A DNA stretch of 11,718 bases from Bacteroidales bacterium. Lineage in GTDB: Bacteria > Bacteroidota > Bacteroidia > Bacteroidales > UBA12077. The DNA lies in contig JANQHR010000112.1 in NCBI GenBank assembly GCA_028282585.1, positions 1 to 11,718 on the forward strand. The letters are read 5' to 3'. Below are positions 1-7,744 of the stretch, in pieces (the first letter of the stretch is position 1; the number at the start of each line of letters is the position of its first letter). The position numbers and the translations under genes are program-made. A model generated the notes under the pieces. The model was not told the DNA's origin. It saw only the letters and a list, made by a program, of their open reading frames with translations, and ran no database searches.

Positions 1-60
1 AGACAAGGAATAGTCCTTTTGTGTTCGCCTAACATACTTGTTTTCACTTTTTTCTTTCAT
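1..60 (-). CDS. IS3-family transposase OrfA (HTH), N-terminal 20 aa only
   Basis: Manual translation MKEKSENKYVRRTQKDYSLS. The 'RTQKDYS' start resembles Bacteroidota IS3 OrfA proteins (recognised from memory, not searched). Confidence 0.72.
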   Translation of the reverse strand, partial: MKEKSENKYVRRTQKDYSLS

Positions 61-99
61 AACATTACTTTTTTTGTAACGCTATTTCAGGACGAGACA
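1..99 (-). mobile_element. Left end of an IS3-family-like insertion sequence (partial, continues off the window)
   Basis: Minus strand from 99 reads TGTCTCGTCCTGAAATAGCGTTACA (99->75), a TG-initiated terminal-IR-like sequence that I recognise from Bacteroidota IS3-family elements. An ATG at 60 opens an orfA-like frame. The other end and the target duplication are outside the window. Confidence 0.75.
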
Positions 100-109
100 T
101 TAAGATTAC

Positions 110-142
110 AAAAAAAGGAGGCGTAAAATACACCTCCTTTTT
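110..142 (-). terminator. Intrinsic terminator of the exbB-exbD operon (possibly bidirectional)
   Basis: Minus strand AAAAAGGAGGTGTA-TTT-TACGCCTCCTTTTTTT is a stem-loop with a T-tract, about 20 nt after the exbD stop. Confidence 0.85.
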
Positions 143-162
143 ACATGAATAGTAAACTATTT

Positions 163-636
163 TTATTCGATAGCTTCAACCTTTCTGGTAGAATAGTTGA
201 TCTTAAGGGCACTTGCTTTACGCAATTCCTGCTTAACGTCAACAATAATTCCCATTTTTGTTTCTTGATCAACTTTAAGTGAAACTGTCATTAATGGACG
301 TTCATTTTCATCCATCTTTTCTCTTTCAGCTGCAACATAATCTCTAATATCTTCTACTTTAGCGAAAGCATCGTTCAATTGAATCCTAGGCTCAGTTCCA
401 AACATTTTCTGGAAAGTCTTTTTCGGTTTACCAATATTGATATAACTTACTAATGATTTTCTTTCCAGTTTTTTTACCTCCGTTGCACCAGGTAATTTTT
501 GATTAATTTTTAATGTTTGTTCTCTCATTACAGTACTTACCATAAAGAAGAATAACAACATAAAAACGATATCTGGTAACGAAGCTGTTGAAACTTGAGG
601 CATTCCGCCTTTTCCTTTTCGTTGAAATTTAGCCAT
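163..636 (-). CDS. exbD: ExbD/TolR family biopolymer transport protein
   Basis: Single N-terminal TM with the conserved Asp (SLPDIVFMLLFFFMV) and a C-terminal periplasmic domain (VSLKVDQETKMGIIVDVKQEL). Confidence 0.9.
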   Translation of the reverse strand: MAKFQRKGKGGMPQVSTASLPDIVFMLLFFFMVSTVMREQTLKINQKLPGATEVKKLERKSLVSYINIGKPKKTFQKMFGTEPRIQLNDAFAKVEDIRDYVAAEREKMDENERPLMTVSLKVDQETKMGIIVDVKQELRKASALKINYSTRKVEAIE

Positions 637-637
637 A

Positions 638-1222
638 TTAGTTTCCTCCTCCGATGTTTTTAGGTTCTGCTTCAGAAATGATCTGAGGATAATATTTCTT
701 TATTGCATCTTGTTTGTCTTCAGGAAGATTTTCATAAAACTTCCCAAACTCTCTCATCGAAACTTCATCACGAACTTCATTGTAAGCTGCTATAAGCTCA
801 TTCTGCACCTTGATATACATTCCATATGAGGTTCCCCGGTCGTTTTGCAACGAAATTATACCTTTAGAAACCATTCTTTCACCTAAGAAATCTATTTCTC
901 TTGGTTCTTTTTCCGGTAAATTCTCTTTATTCTCAGGATTAACAATAAATTCTTTAGCAGCTTCTCTAAGATTATAAACATTCATTTGTTGACCTTCAAC
1001 TAAAAGCTGATCATTAGAATTAATAAGAACAACGTATACATTACGCTCTTTAATCTGATCATTATTATCAATCTGATCTGGATTATACGGAGGTAATTTC
1101 CTAGATAATCCGGTGTCGATATCCATTGTAGTTGCTACAAGGAAAAAGATCAATAAAAGGAAAGCTATGTCGGCCATAGAACCACCGTTAATTTCGGGAG
1201 TTTCTCTTGACTTTCTTGCCAT
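638..1222 (-). CDS. exbD: ExbD/TolR family biopolymer transport protein
   Basis: TM with the conserved Asp (SMADIAFLLLIFFLVATTM); 1-nt gap to the next exbD. Confidence 0.9.
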   Translation of the reverse strand: MARKSRETPEINGGSMADIAFLLLIFFLVATTMDIDTGLSRKLPPYNPDQIDNNDQIKERNVYVVLINSNDQLLVEGQQMNVYNLREAAKEFIVNPENKENLPEKEPREIDFLGERMVSKGIISLQNDRGTSYGMYIKVQNELIAAYNEVRDEVSMREFGKFYENLPEDKQDAIKKYYPQIISEAEPKNIGGGN

Positions 1223-1246
1223 AAACTATTTTTTAAATGTTTGAAC

Positions 1247-1267
1247 AAGCAAGGTTTAACCTTGCTT
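1247..1267. other. Intercistronic perfect inverted repeat/hairpin
   Basis: AAGCAAGGT-TTA-ACCTTGCTT between the 4TM gene and the first exbD; no long U-tract on the minus strand. Confidence 0.6.
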
Positions 1268-1272
1268 AAATT

Positions 1273-1704
1273 TTATTTAAATATCTTAGCTACTTCAGTA
1301 TATAACATTGAAACAATAGCTATTATTGCCAATACATATATTGAATGTATCATTGTTCCTGCATATTTTAATGTTGAAGGAACGTCATACTGAACTAAGT
1401 CAACATTTGTAATTCCCAATTGTTCTGTTGATGATAACATATATGCAATACCCACTACAACAACTAATGCAACGATTCCTAATAAACCTTTCTTTGCATT
1501 TTTAGGGTTTGTTATCATTTGAATAACCGGAAATATAATTGTGAATCCAACAGCAATTCCGGTTAATACATATGCCCACAAAATAAATATGTTAGTATAT
1601 GCCGGATCGCCGGTAATATCCTCACCACCTGCGTAAAATAATATTGTTAATAATGCAGATATGGCAAGTAGGACTATTAAAAGTATCCTTAATATTTTAG
1701 CCAT
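1273..1704 (-). CDS. Hypothetical inner-membrane protein (about 4 TM) in the exbB-exbD operon
   Basis: Four hydrophobic segments. Probable start ATG at 1704 (MAKILR); an alternative ATG at 1716 overlaps the exbB stop. Confidence 0.8.
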   Translation of the reverse strand: MAKILRILLIVLLAISALLTILFYAGGEDITGDPAYTNIFILWAYVLTGIAVGFTIIFPVIQMITNPKNAKKGLLGIVALVVVVGIAYMLSSTEQLGITNVDLVQYDVPSTLKYAGTMIHSIYVLAIIAIVSMLYTEVAKIFK

Positions 1705-1712
1705 AGTTATAA

Positions 1713-2543
1713 TCATTTTTTAAGGTTGTATTTTACTAATATATCAATTAAAGAAATTGAAGCATCTTCCATATCATTAACAATGCTATCGATCTTTGAA
1801 ACAATATAATTATAAAATACTTGTAAGATAACCGCAACGATCAAACCAGATACGGTAGTAATTAACGCAACTTTAATACCTCCAGCTACTAAGGTTGGAG
1901 AAATATCACCAGCTTTTTCGATAGAGTCGAATGCACCGATCATACCAATTACTGTACCCATGAAACCTAACATAGGAGCTGTAGCAATAAATAATGAAAT
2001 CCAGGTAATTCCTTTTTCTAATAGTCCCATTTGAACTGAACCGTAAGAAACAACTGATTTTTCAACAACTTCAATTCCTTCTTCCATTCTATCAAGACCT
2101 TGATAGAAAATACTAGCAACAGGCCCCTTAGTGTTACGGCAAACTTCTTTTGCAGCTTCAACACCACCTTGGTTCAACGCTTCTTCAACAGCTAATAAAA
2201 GCTTGTTTGTATTGGTTGATGCAAGGTTAAGGTAAATAATTCTTTCAATTGCAATTGCTAAACCTAAAATTAAACAAAGAAGAACAACACCCATAAATCC
2301 AGGGCCTCCTTCAATGAACTTTAGTTTAATTTGTTTATGCAAAGTCTGAGTTTCTTCAACTTCAACTTCAGCAACTTCCTCTGTAGCATCTTCTTCAACA
2401 ACTGCTGATTCTTCCATAGCTTCTTCCATAATGGTATCAGCTTGTTCAACAGCTGTTTCTTCAGCCTCTTCTTGAGCAACTGCATAGAATGACGCTCCTA
2501 AAAGCATCCCAAAAACTGCTATAAATGCAAATAATTTTTTCAT
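1713..2543 (-). CDS. exbB: MotA/TolQ/ExbB proton channel family protein
   Basis: APMLGFMGTVIGMI and GGIKVALITTVSGL motifs; signal-peptide-like N-terminus followed by a Glu-rich linker. Confidence 0.92.
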   Translation of the reverse strand: MKKLFAFIAVFGMLLGASFYAVAQEEAEETAVEQADTIMEEAMEESAVVEEDATEEVAEVEVEETQTLHKQIKLKFIEGGPGFMGVVLLCLILGLAIAIERIIYLNLASTNTNKLLLAVEEALNQGGVEAAKEVCRNTKGPVASIFYQGLDRMEEGIEVVEKSVVSYGSVQMGLLEKGITWISLFIATAPMLGFMGTVIGMIGAFDSIEKAGDISPTLVAGGIKVALITTVSGLIVAVILQVFYNYIVSKIDSIVNDMEDASISLIDILVKYNLKK

Positions 2544-2621
2544 GGTTTGTTTTCTGTTTAAATTATTAACGATTTTTATGTTTGTAAAATTATTAAAAAA
2601 TTAACTAATTAAAAATAATTG

Positions 2622-2711
2622 CGGAGAAAGAGGGATTCGAACCCTCGATACCGCTCCACACGGTATACACACTTTCCAGGCGTGCGCCTTCGACCACTCG
2701 GCCATTTCTCC
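2622..2711 (-). tRNA. tRNA-Ser(GGA)
   Basis: Acceptor stem GGAGAAA/TTTCTCC with discriminator G, anticodon arm CACGC-CTGGAAA-GTGTG, long variable arm ATACCGT/GCGGTAT, T-arm GAGGG-TTCGAAT-CCCTC. CCA is not encoded. Confidence 0.97.
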
Positions 2712-2772
2712 TTCACGTATTCTCCCCAATTTAGGGGCACAAAATACAAAAAAATAAGCAAAATCAAATAAT

Positions 2773-3807
2773 TTATTTTGTTATTTCACCACTTATGGAC
2801 TGATTTAACAGTAATTTAGTTCTACTCACTTCATATTTTTTTCCTAGCAAATGCATTAATTTCGCAACCGCAGCTTCTGTTGTAATATCATACCCACTTA
2901 TTACTCCAAGTTTTTGTAATTCATTACCTGTTTCATATTTAGTCATATCTACACTACCTGCAGAACACTGAGTTACATTTAATATTATTATATCATTATT
3001 AATTGCTTTTTTTAGTTCATTTAAAAACCACTTTTCAGTAGGAGCATTTCCTGCTCCATATGATTCCAAAACCACTGCTTTTAATTTTTCAATATTTAAT
3101 ATAGCGCTTATAACTTCTTTACTAATCCCGGGGAAAATTTTTAGGATTGCAATATTAGTATCCAAATCTGTATGAGTTACTAATTCTTTTACAGAAGTTG
3201 AATAATGAATAGCTCCATAGTTAAATTTTAGCTTTATTCCTGCATCAGCAAGATTAGGATAATTAGGAGATTCAAATGCATTAAAATGTTCTGAATTATA
3301 TTTAGTGGTTCTGTTTCCGCGCATTAATTTATTTTCGAAATAAATGCAAACTTCAGGAGCCAATGGTTGTCCATTTTTCTCAGTTGCAGCTATTTCTATA
3401 GCGGAGATAAGATTTTCTTTTCCATCTGTTCTCAAAGTGCCAATAGGCAACTGTGATCCTGTAAAAATAACAGGTTTACCAAGATTCTCCAGCATAAAAC
3501 TTAATGCCGATGCTGAAAAAGCCATCGTGTCAGTTCCATGGAGAACAACGAATCCATCGAAATTATTATAATTTTTTTTAACTATTTCAATCAGTTTAAC
3601 CCAAACCTCAGGATTTAGATTAGATGAATCAATAATGGGATCAAATGAAATCGTAGAAAGCTTAAAACCAAATCGTTTTAACTCTGGTACTTCTTTGAGT
3701 ATTTGATCAAAATCGAAAGGAGCAAGCACTCCGGTTTCAGGATCTTTTTTCATTCCGATAGTACCACCTGTATAAATAATTAATATAGATTTTGACCTAT
3801 TTCCCAT
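2773..3807 (-). CDS. ansA: Type I (cytoplasmic) L-asparaginase
   Basis: YTGGTIGM, HGTDTM and TGSQ motifs; no signal peptide. Confidence 0.93.
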   Translation of the reverse strand: MGNRSKSILIIYTGGTIGMKKDPETGVLAPFDFDQILKEVPELKRFGFKLSTISFDPIIDSSNLNPEVWVKLIEIVKKNYNNFDGFVVLHGTDTMAFSASALSFMLENLGKPVIFTGSQLPIGTLRTDGKENLISAIEIAATEKNGQPLAPEVCIYFENKLMRGNRTTKYNSEHFNAFESPNYPNLADAGIKLKFNYGAIHYSTSVKELVTHTDLDTNIAILKIFPGISKEVISAILNIEKLKAVVLESYGAGNAPTEKWFLNELKKAINNDIIILNVTQCSAGSVDMTKYETGNELQKLGVISGYDITTEAAVAKLMHLLGKKYEVSRTKLLLNQSISGEITK

Positions 3808-3812
3808 ATATA

Positions 3813-4580
3813 TTATATCCCAAAAAGTTGCTTTGCATTATCTGTTGTAATCATAGCAACTTCTTCTATTGTAATATTTTTTATTTCTGCAATTTTTTGA
3901 GCAATATAAAGTATATATGCACTTTCGTTCCTTTTTCCCCTTTTTGGAACAGGTGCCAAATATGGTGAATCTGATTCTAAAACGACATGATTAATGTCAA
4001 TATTATTCACAACTTTATCTAAACCGGAATTTTTAAATGTTACGATCCCTCCTATTCCAATCTTGAATCCCCAACTAATTATCTGCTTTGCCTGCTCATC
4101 ATTACCAGTAAAGGCATGAAAAACTCCATTCAATTCTTCATCAATTACATCATGCATTATAGTAAAAATCTCATCAAAAGATTCTCGCGCATGGATAACA
4201 ATAGGTAATTTATATTTTTTCGCTAATTCAATTTGATATCTAAAAGCCTCTTCTTGCTCTAGTTTAAATGATTTATCCCAGTAAAGATCAATACCGATTT
4301 CACCAATTGCATAAAACTTTTGTTTAGTTAACCAATTCTCAACTTTCTCTAATTCTGTTTTATAATTCTCTTTGACTGATGTTGGATGCAAACCCATCAT
4401 AGGTAAACAATAGTCAGGGTATTTAGAAACTAATTCCATCAATCGTTCAGTTGTAGAATTATCTACATTTGGAAGAAGAATCTTTCTTACTCCATCCTTC
4501 TGCGCCTTGAGTATAACTTCATCACGATCAGAATCAAATTCCGGAAGAAAAATATGACTATGTGTATCTATTAGTTGCAT
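3813..4580 (-). CDS. tatD: TatD family metal-dependent nuclease/hydrolase
   Basis: DTHSH, GLHP, GEIGID, IHAR, FHAF and ESDSPY motifs. Start moved to ATG 4580 because the track's TTG at 4598 lies inside the promoter box. Confidence 0.93.
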   Translation of the reverse strand: MQLIDTHSHIFLPEFDSDRDEVILKAQKDGVRKILLPNVDNSTTERLMELVSKYPDYCLPMMGLHPTSVKENYKTELEKVENWLTKQKFYAIGEIGIDLYWDKSFKLEQEEAFRYQIELAKKYKLPIVIHARESFDEIFTIMHDVIDEELNGVFHAFTGNDEQAKQIISWGFKIGIGGIVTFKNSGLDKVVNNIDINHVVLESDSPYLAPVPKRGKRNESAYILYIAQKIAEIKNITIEEVAMITTDNAKQLFGI

Positions 4581-4595
4581 AAAATTTAAACGCTG

Positions 4596-4603
4596 CAAAC
4601 ATA
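4596..4603 (-). promoter_or_regulatory. Bacteroidota sigma-A -7 promoter element for tatD-ansA
   Basis: TATGTTTG(C) matches TAnnTTTG, 15 nt upstream of the ATG; no well-spaced -33 box is evident. Confidence 0.6.
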
Positions 4604-4774
4604 AAAAATTTCTTAATCAAAACTTATAATCAGTATTTAATTCTGTATGTCTTAAAACATTTATTAATTAAATAGATTAACTTTTAAAAGAAAACCCTTA
4701 AACAAAAAGAGGCTAACAGAAAAGTCAATTTATCTTTTGCAGAATAAGATATTTGAAAAAAGCCCAGGGCGGGT

Positions 4775-4812
4775 AAAAATAAAAAGGGCTGTCGAAAAGT
4801 TTCAGACAGCCC
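4775..4812 (-). terminator. Intrinsic terminator of gdhA
   Basis: Minus strand GGGCTGTC-TGAAACTTTTC-GACAGCCC-TTTTTATTTTT, 24 nt after the stop codon. Confidence 0.85.
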
Positions 4813-4836
4813 CTAAGTTCTTTGCAGATTAATTAT

Positions 4837-6177
4837 TTATACTGCTCCTTGAGCAAGCATAGCCTCAGCAACTTTAACAAATCCACCGATATTTGCTCCT
4901 TTAACATAATCAATAAATCCCTCAGAGTCTTTACCGTATTTTTCACAAGTAGCATGAATATCTTTCATAATTTGATTTAATCTCTGGTCAACTTCTTCTC
5001 TTGTCCAGCTTAAACGTAAACTATTTTGCGACATTTCAAGGCCCGAAACAGCAACACCACCGGCATTAGCGGCTTTACCAGGACCATAAAGTATCTTGTT
5101 TTGTAAATATACTTCTACAGCTTCCGGAGTTGAAGGCATATTAGCTCCTTCAGAAATTACGAAACATCCGTTTGCAACAAGTGTTTTTGCTTCTTCTTCA
5201 TTAATTTCATTTTGAGTTGCCGATGGAAGAGCAACATCACACTTAATGCCCCAAGGGCGCTTACCTTCATAATATTCGCAACCGTACTTGTCTGCATATT
5301 CTTTAATACGTCCACGCTTCACATTTTTAAGTTCCATTACGTAAGCTAACTTTTCAGCATCAATTCCGTTTGGATCGTGAATAAATCCTGCAGAATCTGA
5401 TAATGTAACAACTTTACCTCCTAGTTCATTAACTTTTTCAGTAGCAAATTGAGCTACGTTGCCAGAACCAGAAACTGCAACTATTTTACCTTTGAAGCTA
5501 TCTCCGCGAGTTTTCAACATTTCCTCGGCAAAATAAACGGCTCCATAACCTGTAGCTTCAGGACGAATTAGGCTACCACCATACATGGTGCCTTTTCCTG
5601 TAAGTACTCCAACGAATTCGTTACGTATACGCTTATATTGTCCGAACATATAACCTATTTCGCGACCGCCTACTCCAATATCACCAGCGGGAACATCGGT
5701 GTTATGACCGATATGTTTACATAACTCTGTCATAAAACTTTGGCAAAAACGCATTACTTCGTTATCTGATTTTCCCTTTGGATCAAAATCAGAACCACCT
5801 TTACCTCCACCCATAGGAAGTGTAGTTAAACTATTCTTAAATACTTGTTCGAATGCTAAAAATTTAAGAATACTTAAGTTTACTGTTGGATGGAATCTTA
5901 ATCCTCCTTTGTATGGACCTATCGCACTGTTCATTTCAATACGATAACCTTTGTTAATTTGAATTTCTCCCTTATCGTCTAACCAAGGAATTCTAAAAAG
6001 TATTACTCTTTCAGGTTCAGCAATTCTATCAAGAATCTTTGCATGTTTGTACTTGGGATTTTCCTCGATATAAGGAATAAGAGATTCGGCTACTTCTTGT
6101 ACTGCCTGATGGAATTCATTTTCATTTGGATTCTTGGCAATAATTTGAGCCATAAATTGTTCTACACGTGGATCCAT
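4837..6177 (-). CDS. gdhA: Glutamate dehydrogenase, probably NADP(H)-utilising
   Basis: GPYKGGLRFHP, GGGKGG, VPAGDIGVG and RPEATGYG motifs, Rossmann GSGNVA, and the LSDS motif of E. coli-like NADP-GDH (the C. symbiosum NAD-type has SGPDG). Start set at ATG 6177 (MDPRVEQF). Confidence 0.93.
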   Translation of the reverse strand: MDPRVEQFMAQIIAKNPNENEFHQAVQEVAESLIPYIEENPKYKHAKILDRIAEPERVILFRIPWLDDKGEIQINKGYRIEMNSAIGPYKGGLRFHPTVNLSILKFLAFEQVFKNSLTTLPMGGGKGGSDFDPKGKSDNEVMRFCQSFMTELCKHIGHNTDVPAGDIGVGGREIGYMFGQYKRIRNEFVGVLTGKGTMYGGSLIRPEATGYGAVYFAEEMLKTRGDSFKGKIVAVSGSGNVAQFATEKVNELGGKVVTLSDSAGFIHDPNGIDAEKLAYVMELKNVKRGRIKEYADKYGCEYYEGKRPWGIKCDVALPSATQNEINEEEAKTLVANGCFVISEGANMPSTPEAVEVYLQNKILYGPGKAANAGGVAVSGLEMSQNSLRLSWTREEVDQRLNQIMKDIHATCEKYGKDSEGFIDYVKGANIGGFVKVAEAMLAQGAV

Positions 6178-6186
6178 AATTTTTAT

Positions 6187-6210
6187 TAGTTTTTTAGTTT
6201 GTAATTTATG
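6187..6210. repeat. 24-bp sequence, exact inverted copy of 11620-11643; lies in the gdhA leader
   Basis: + strand TAGTTTTTTAGTTTGTAATTTATG is the reverse complement of CATAAATTACAAACTAAAAAACTA at 11620-11643. Confidence 0.9.
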
Positions 6211-6222
6211 GTTTAATACTAA

Positions 6223-6230
6223 CAAACATA
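6223..6230 (-). promoter_or_regulatory. -7 promoter element for gdhA
   Basis: TATGTTTG on the minus strand matches TAnnTTTG and predicts a leader of about 40 nt. Confidence 0.55.
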
Positions 6231-6382
6231 TGTAAAAAAAAAATTAAAGAAAATAACGCAAAACACAATACACGTTTATTTGCATATGTTTTAAAACTAC
6301 CTACAAGTCTGAACATTACATTAGATGGGTATTTCGACTACCGAAATGATGCAACATGTTTAAAAACACTTCCTGATTTTTA

Positions 6383-7504
6383 TCATAGATAAACCGATGA
6401 AATCAGCTTGTATATTTTACCTGGTAAAGTCTTTACTACTCCCATAAATTCGAGGTTCAATAAAATTGGAGAAACCTTACTTGTAGGCATATTTGATTTT
6501 AAACAAATTTTATCAATTGGTATTTCATCTTCAGTTTTCAAGATATCTGCTATCAATTTCTCCTCTTCATTAAGGTTCGCAAACAAACTTCCTTGTATAT
6601 CTGTCTTTTCAGGCTGTATTGCTTCCCATCCCAGTATATACTCCAAATCATTTATTGAAGTAAGCATTGCTGCTTTATTTGATTTTATTAAATTATTACA
6701 ACCAACAGAATACTCATCGGAAACACGTCCGGGTACAGCAAACACATCCCTGTTATAAGAGTTCGCAATATCTGCAGTAACTAAAGATCCTCCTTTTACT
6801 CCAGATTCTACAACAATTGTAGCATCTGACAAACCTGCAATTATCCGATTTCTTTTTAAAAAGTTGTTTTTATCCCGAACTGACTCGCTTGGAAAATCTG
6901 TAAGTAGCATACCTTGTCCTTCAATTTCCGTTGCCAACTTTTTATGTGATGCCGGATATACAATATCCAATCCGTGTCCGAATACTGCAATGGTATCCAA
7001 ATTATTATCTAATGCAGCTCGATGCGCAACAGCATCTATTCCATATGCTAAACCACTTACTATTATAGGATTATGATTTCGAGACTTTAAATCTTCAACT
7101 AATTTTTTACAAAAGTCTTTTCCTTCCGTTGTTGCTTTTCTTGTACCAACAATACTTATAATTTTACGTGAATTTAAATTAGCATTACCTTTCGTATATA
7201 AAAGGATCGGCGCATCTTCGCAATATTTTAATCTTTCCGGATAATTTTTATCTAAATAAAAAATGACAGAAATCTCATTTTCTTTAATAAAACCTAATTC
7301 TTCTTCAGCCTTAGGTATAACGTCTGAATTCATTATCAAATCTGCCAGAGTATTTCCAATTCCCGGAATTTTAAGTAAACTGCTTCTATTTTCTAAAAAA
7401 ACTCCTTCGAAACTTCCAACGTAAGAAACTAGTTTCTTTGCAGTAATATGCCCTATTTTAGGAATTAAACTTAGGGCAATCTTATATTTAAGGCTACCAT
7501 TCAT
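6383..7504 (-). CDS. dprA: DNA-processing protein DprA (Smf)
   Basis: IVGTR, VSGLAYGID, FLKRNRIIAGLS, ESGVKGGSL and AVPG motifs; N-terminal HhH/SAM-like and C-terminal winged-helix regions. Probable ATG at 7504. Confidence 0.93.
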   Translation of the reverse strand: MNGSLKYKIALSLIPKIGHITAKKLVSYVGSFEGVFLENRSSLLKIPGIGNTLADLIMNSDVIPKAEEELGFIKENEISVIFYLDKNYPERLKYCEDAPILLYTKGNANLNSRKIISIVGTRKATTEGKDFCKKLVEDLKSRNHNPIIVSGLAYGIDAVAHRAALDNNLDTIAVFGHGLDIVYPASHKKLATEIEGQGMLLTDFPSESVRDKNNFLKRNRIIAGLSDATIVVESGVKGGSLVTADIANSYNRDVFAVPGRVSDEYSVGCNNLIKSNKAAMLTSINDLEYILGWEAIQPEKTDIQGSLFANLNEEEKLIADILKTEDEIPIDKICLKSNMPTSKVSPILLNLEFMGVVKTLPGKIYKLISSVYL

Positions 7505-7621
7505 TAATAACAAGTAATTTTTACATGAAATTAATGAAAAAATCTCAGACTAAATAAAGCCTTATTTTTTTATAGCTGTTATTTAATTATTACCTAAATA
7601 ATAAAAATACAATCACTTGCA

Positions 7622-7629
7622 CAAAGCTA
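7622..7629 (-). promoter_or_regulatory. Candidate -7 promoter element for dprA
   Basis: TAGCTTTG(TGC) on the minus strand in the divergent intergenic region. Confidence 0.5.
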
Positions 7630-7744
7630 AAAAATTCTTTCAATCCTTATTAGTTAAAATTCAAACAACTACGGCAAAAATCAAGTAAGGTTTTTTTTAT
7701 TTAAAATTTATTTTCTAATATTATACTTATTAAACCCTAAATAA

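Noticed and set aside
2350-2475. Short tandem repeats (TTCAAC x3, TTCTTCCATA x2)
   Set aside because: Explained by the Glu-rich low-complexity linker of ExbB; not a CRISPR array or contingency repeat.
2572-2590. Partial similarity of the exbB leader (TTTTTATGTTTGTAA) to the 24-mer, plus a + strand TATGTTTG box
   Set aside because: Short, gapped and low-complexity; indistinguishable from chance in AT-rich DNA.
2622-2711. tRNA as an integration site for an island
   Set aside because: No integrase and no duplicated tRNA 3' end in the window; the flanking genes are core genes.
3344-3571. 75-aa + strand ORF
   Set aside because: Antisense shadow inside ansA with no recognisable motifs.
6178-6225. 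N-terminal extension of gdhA in the ORF track (MLVLNHKLQTKKLIKI)
   Set aside because: It begins at a TTG inside the predicted promoter box. Homology begins around MDPRVE, so this stretch is better read as an A-rich 5' UTR.
6408-6758. 116-aa + strand ORF
   Set aside because: Antisense shadow of dprA.
6864-7076. 70-aa + strand ORF
   Set aside because: Antisense shadow of dprA.
3813-7504. tatD + dprA as a possible anti-phage defence or competence module
   Set aside because: Both look like canonical housekeeping orthologues in separate transcription units, with no PRTase, QueC or ATPase partner genes in the window.
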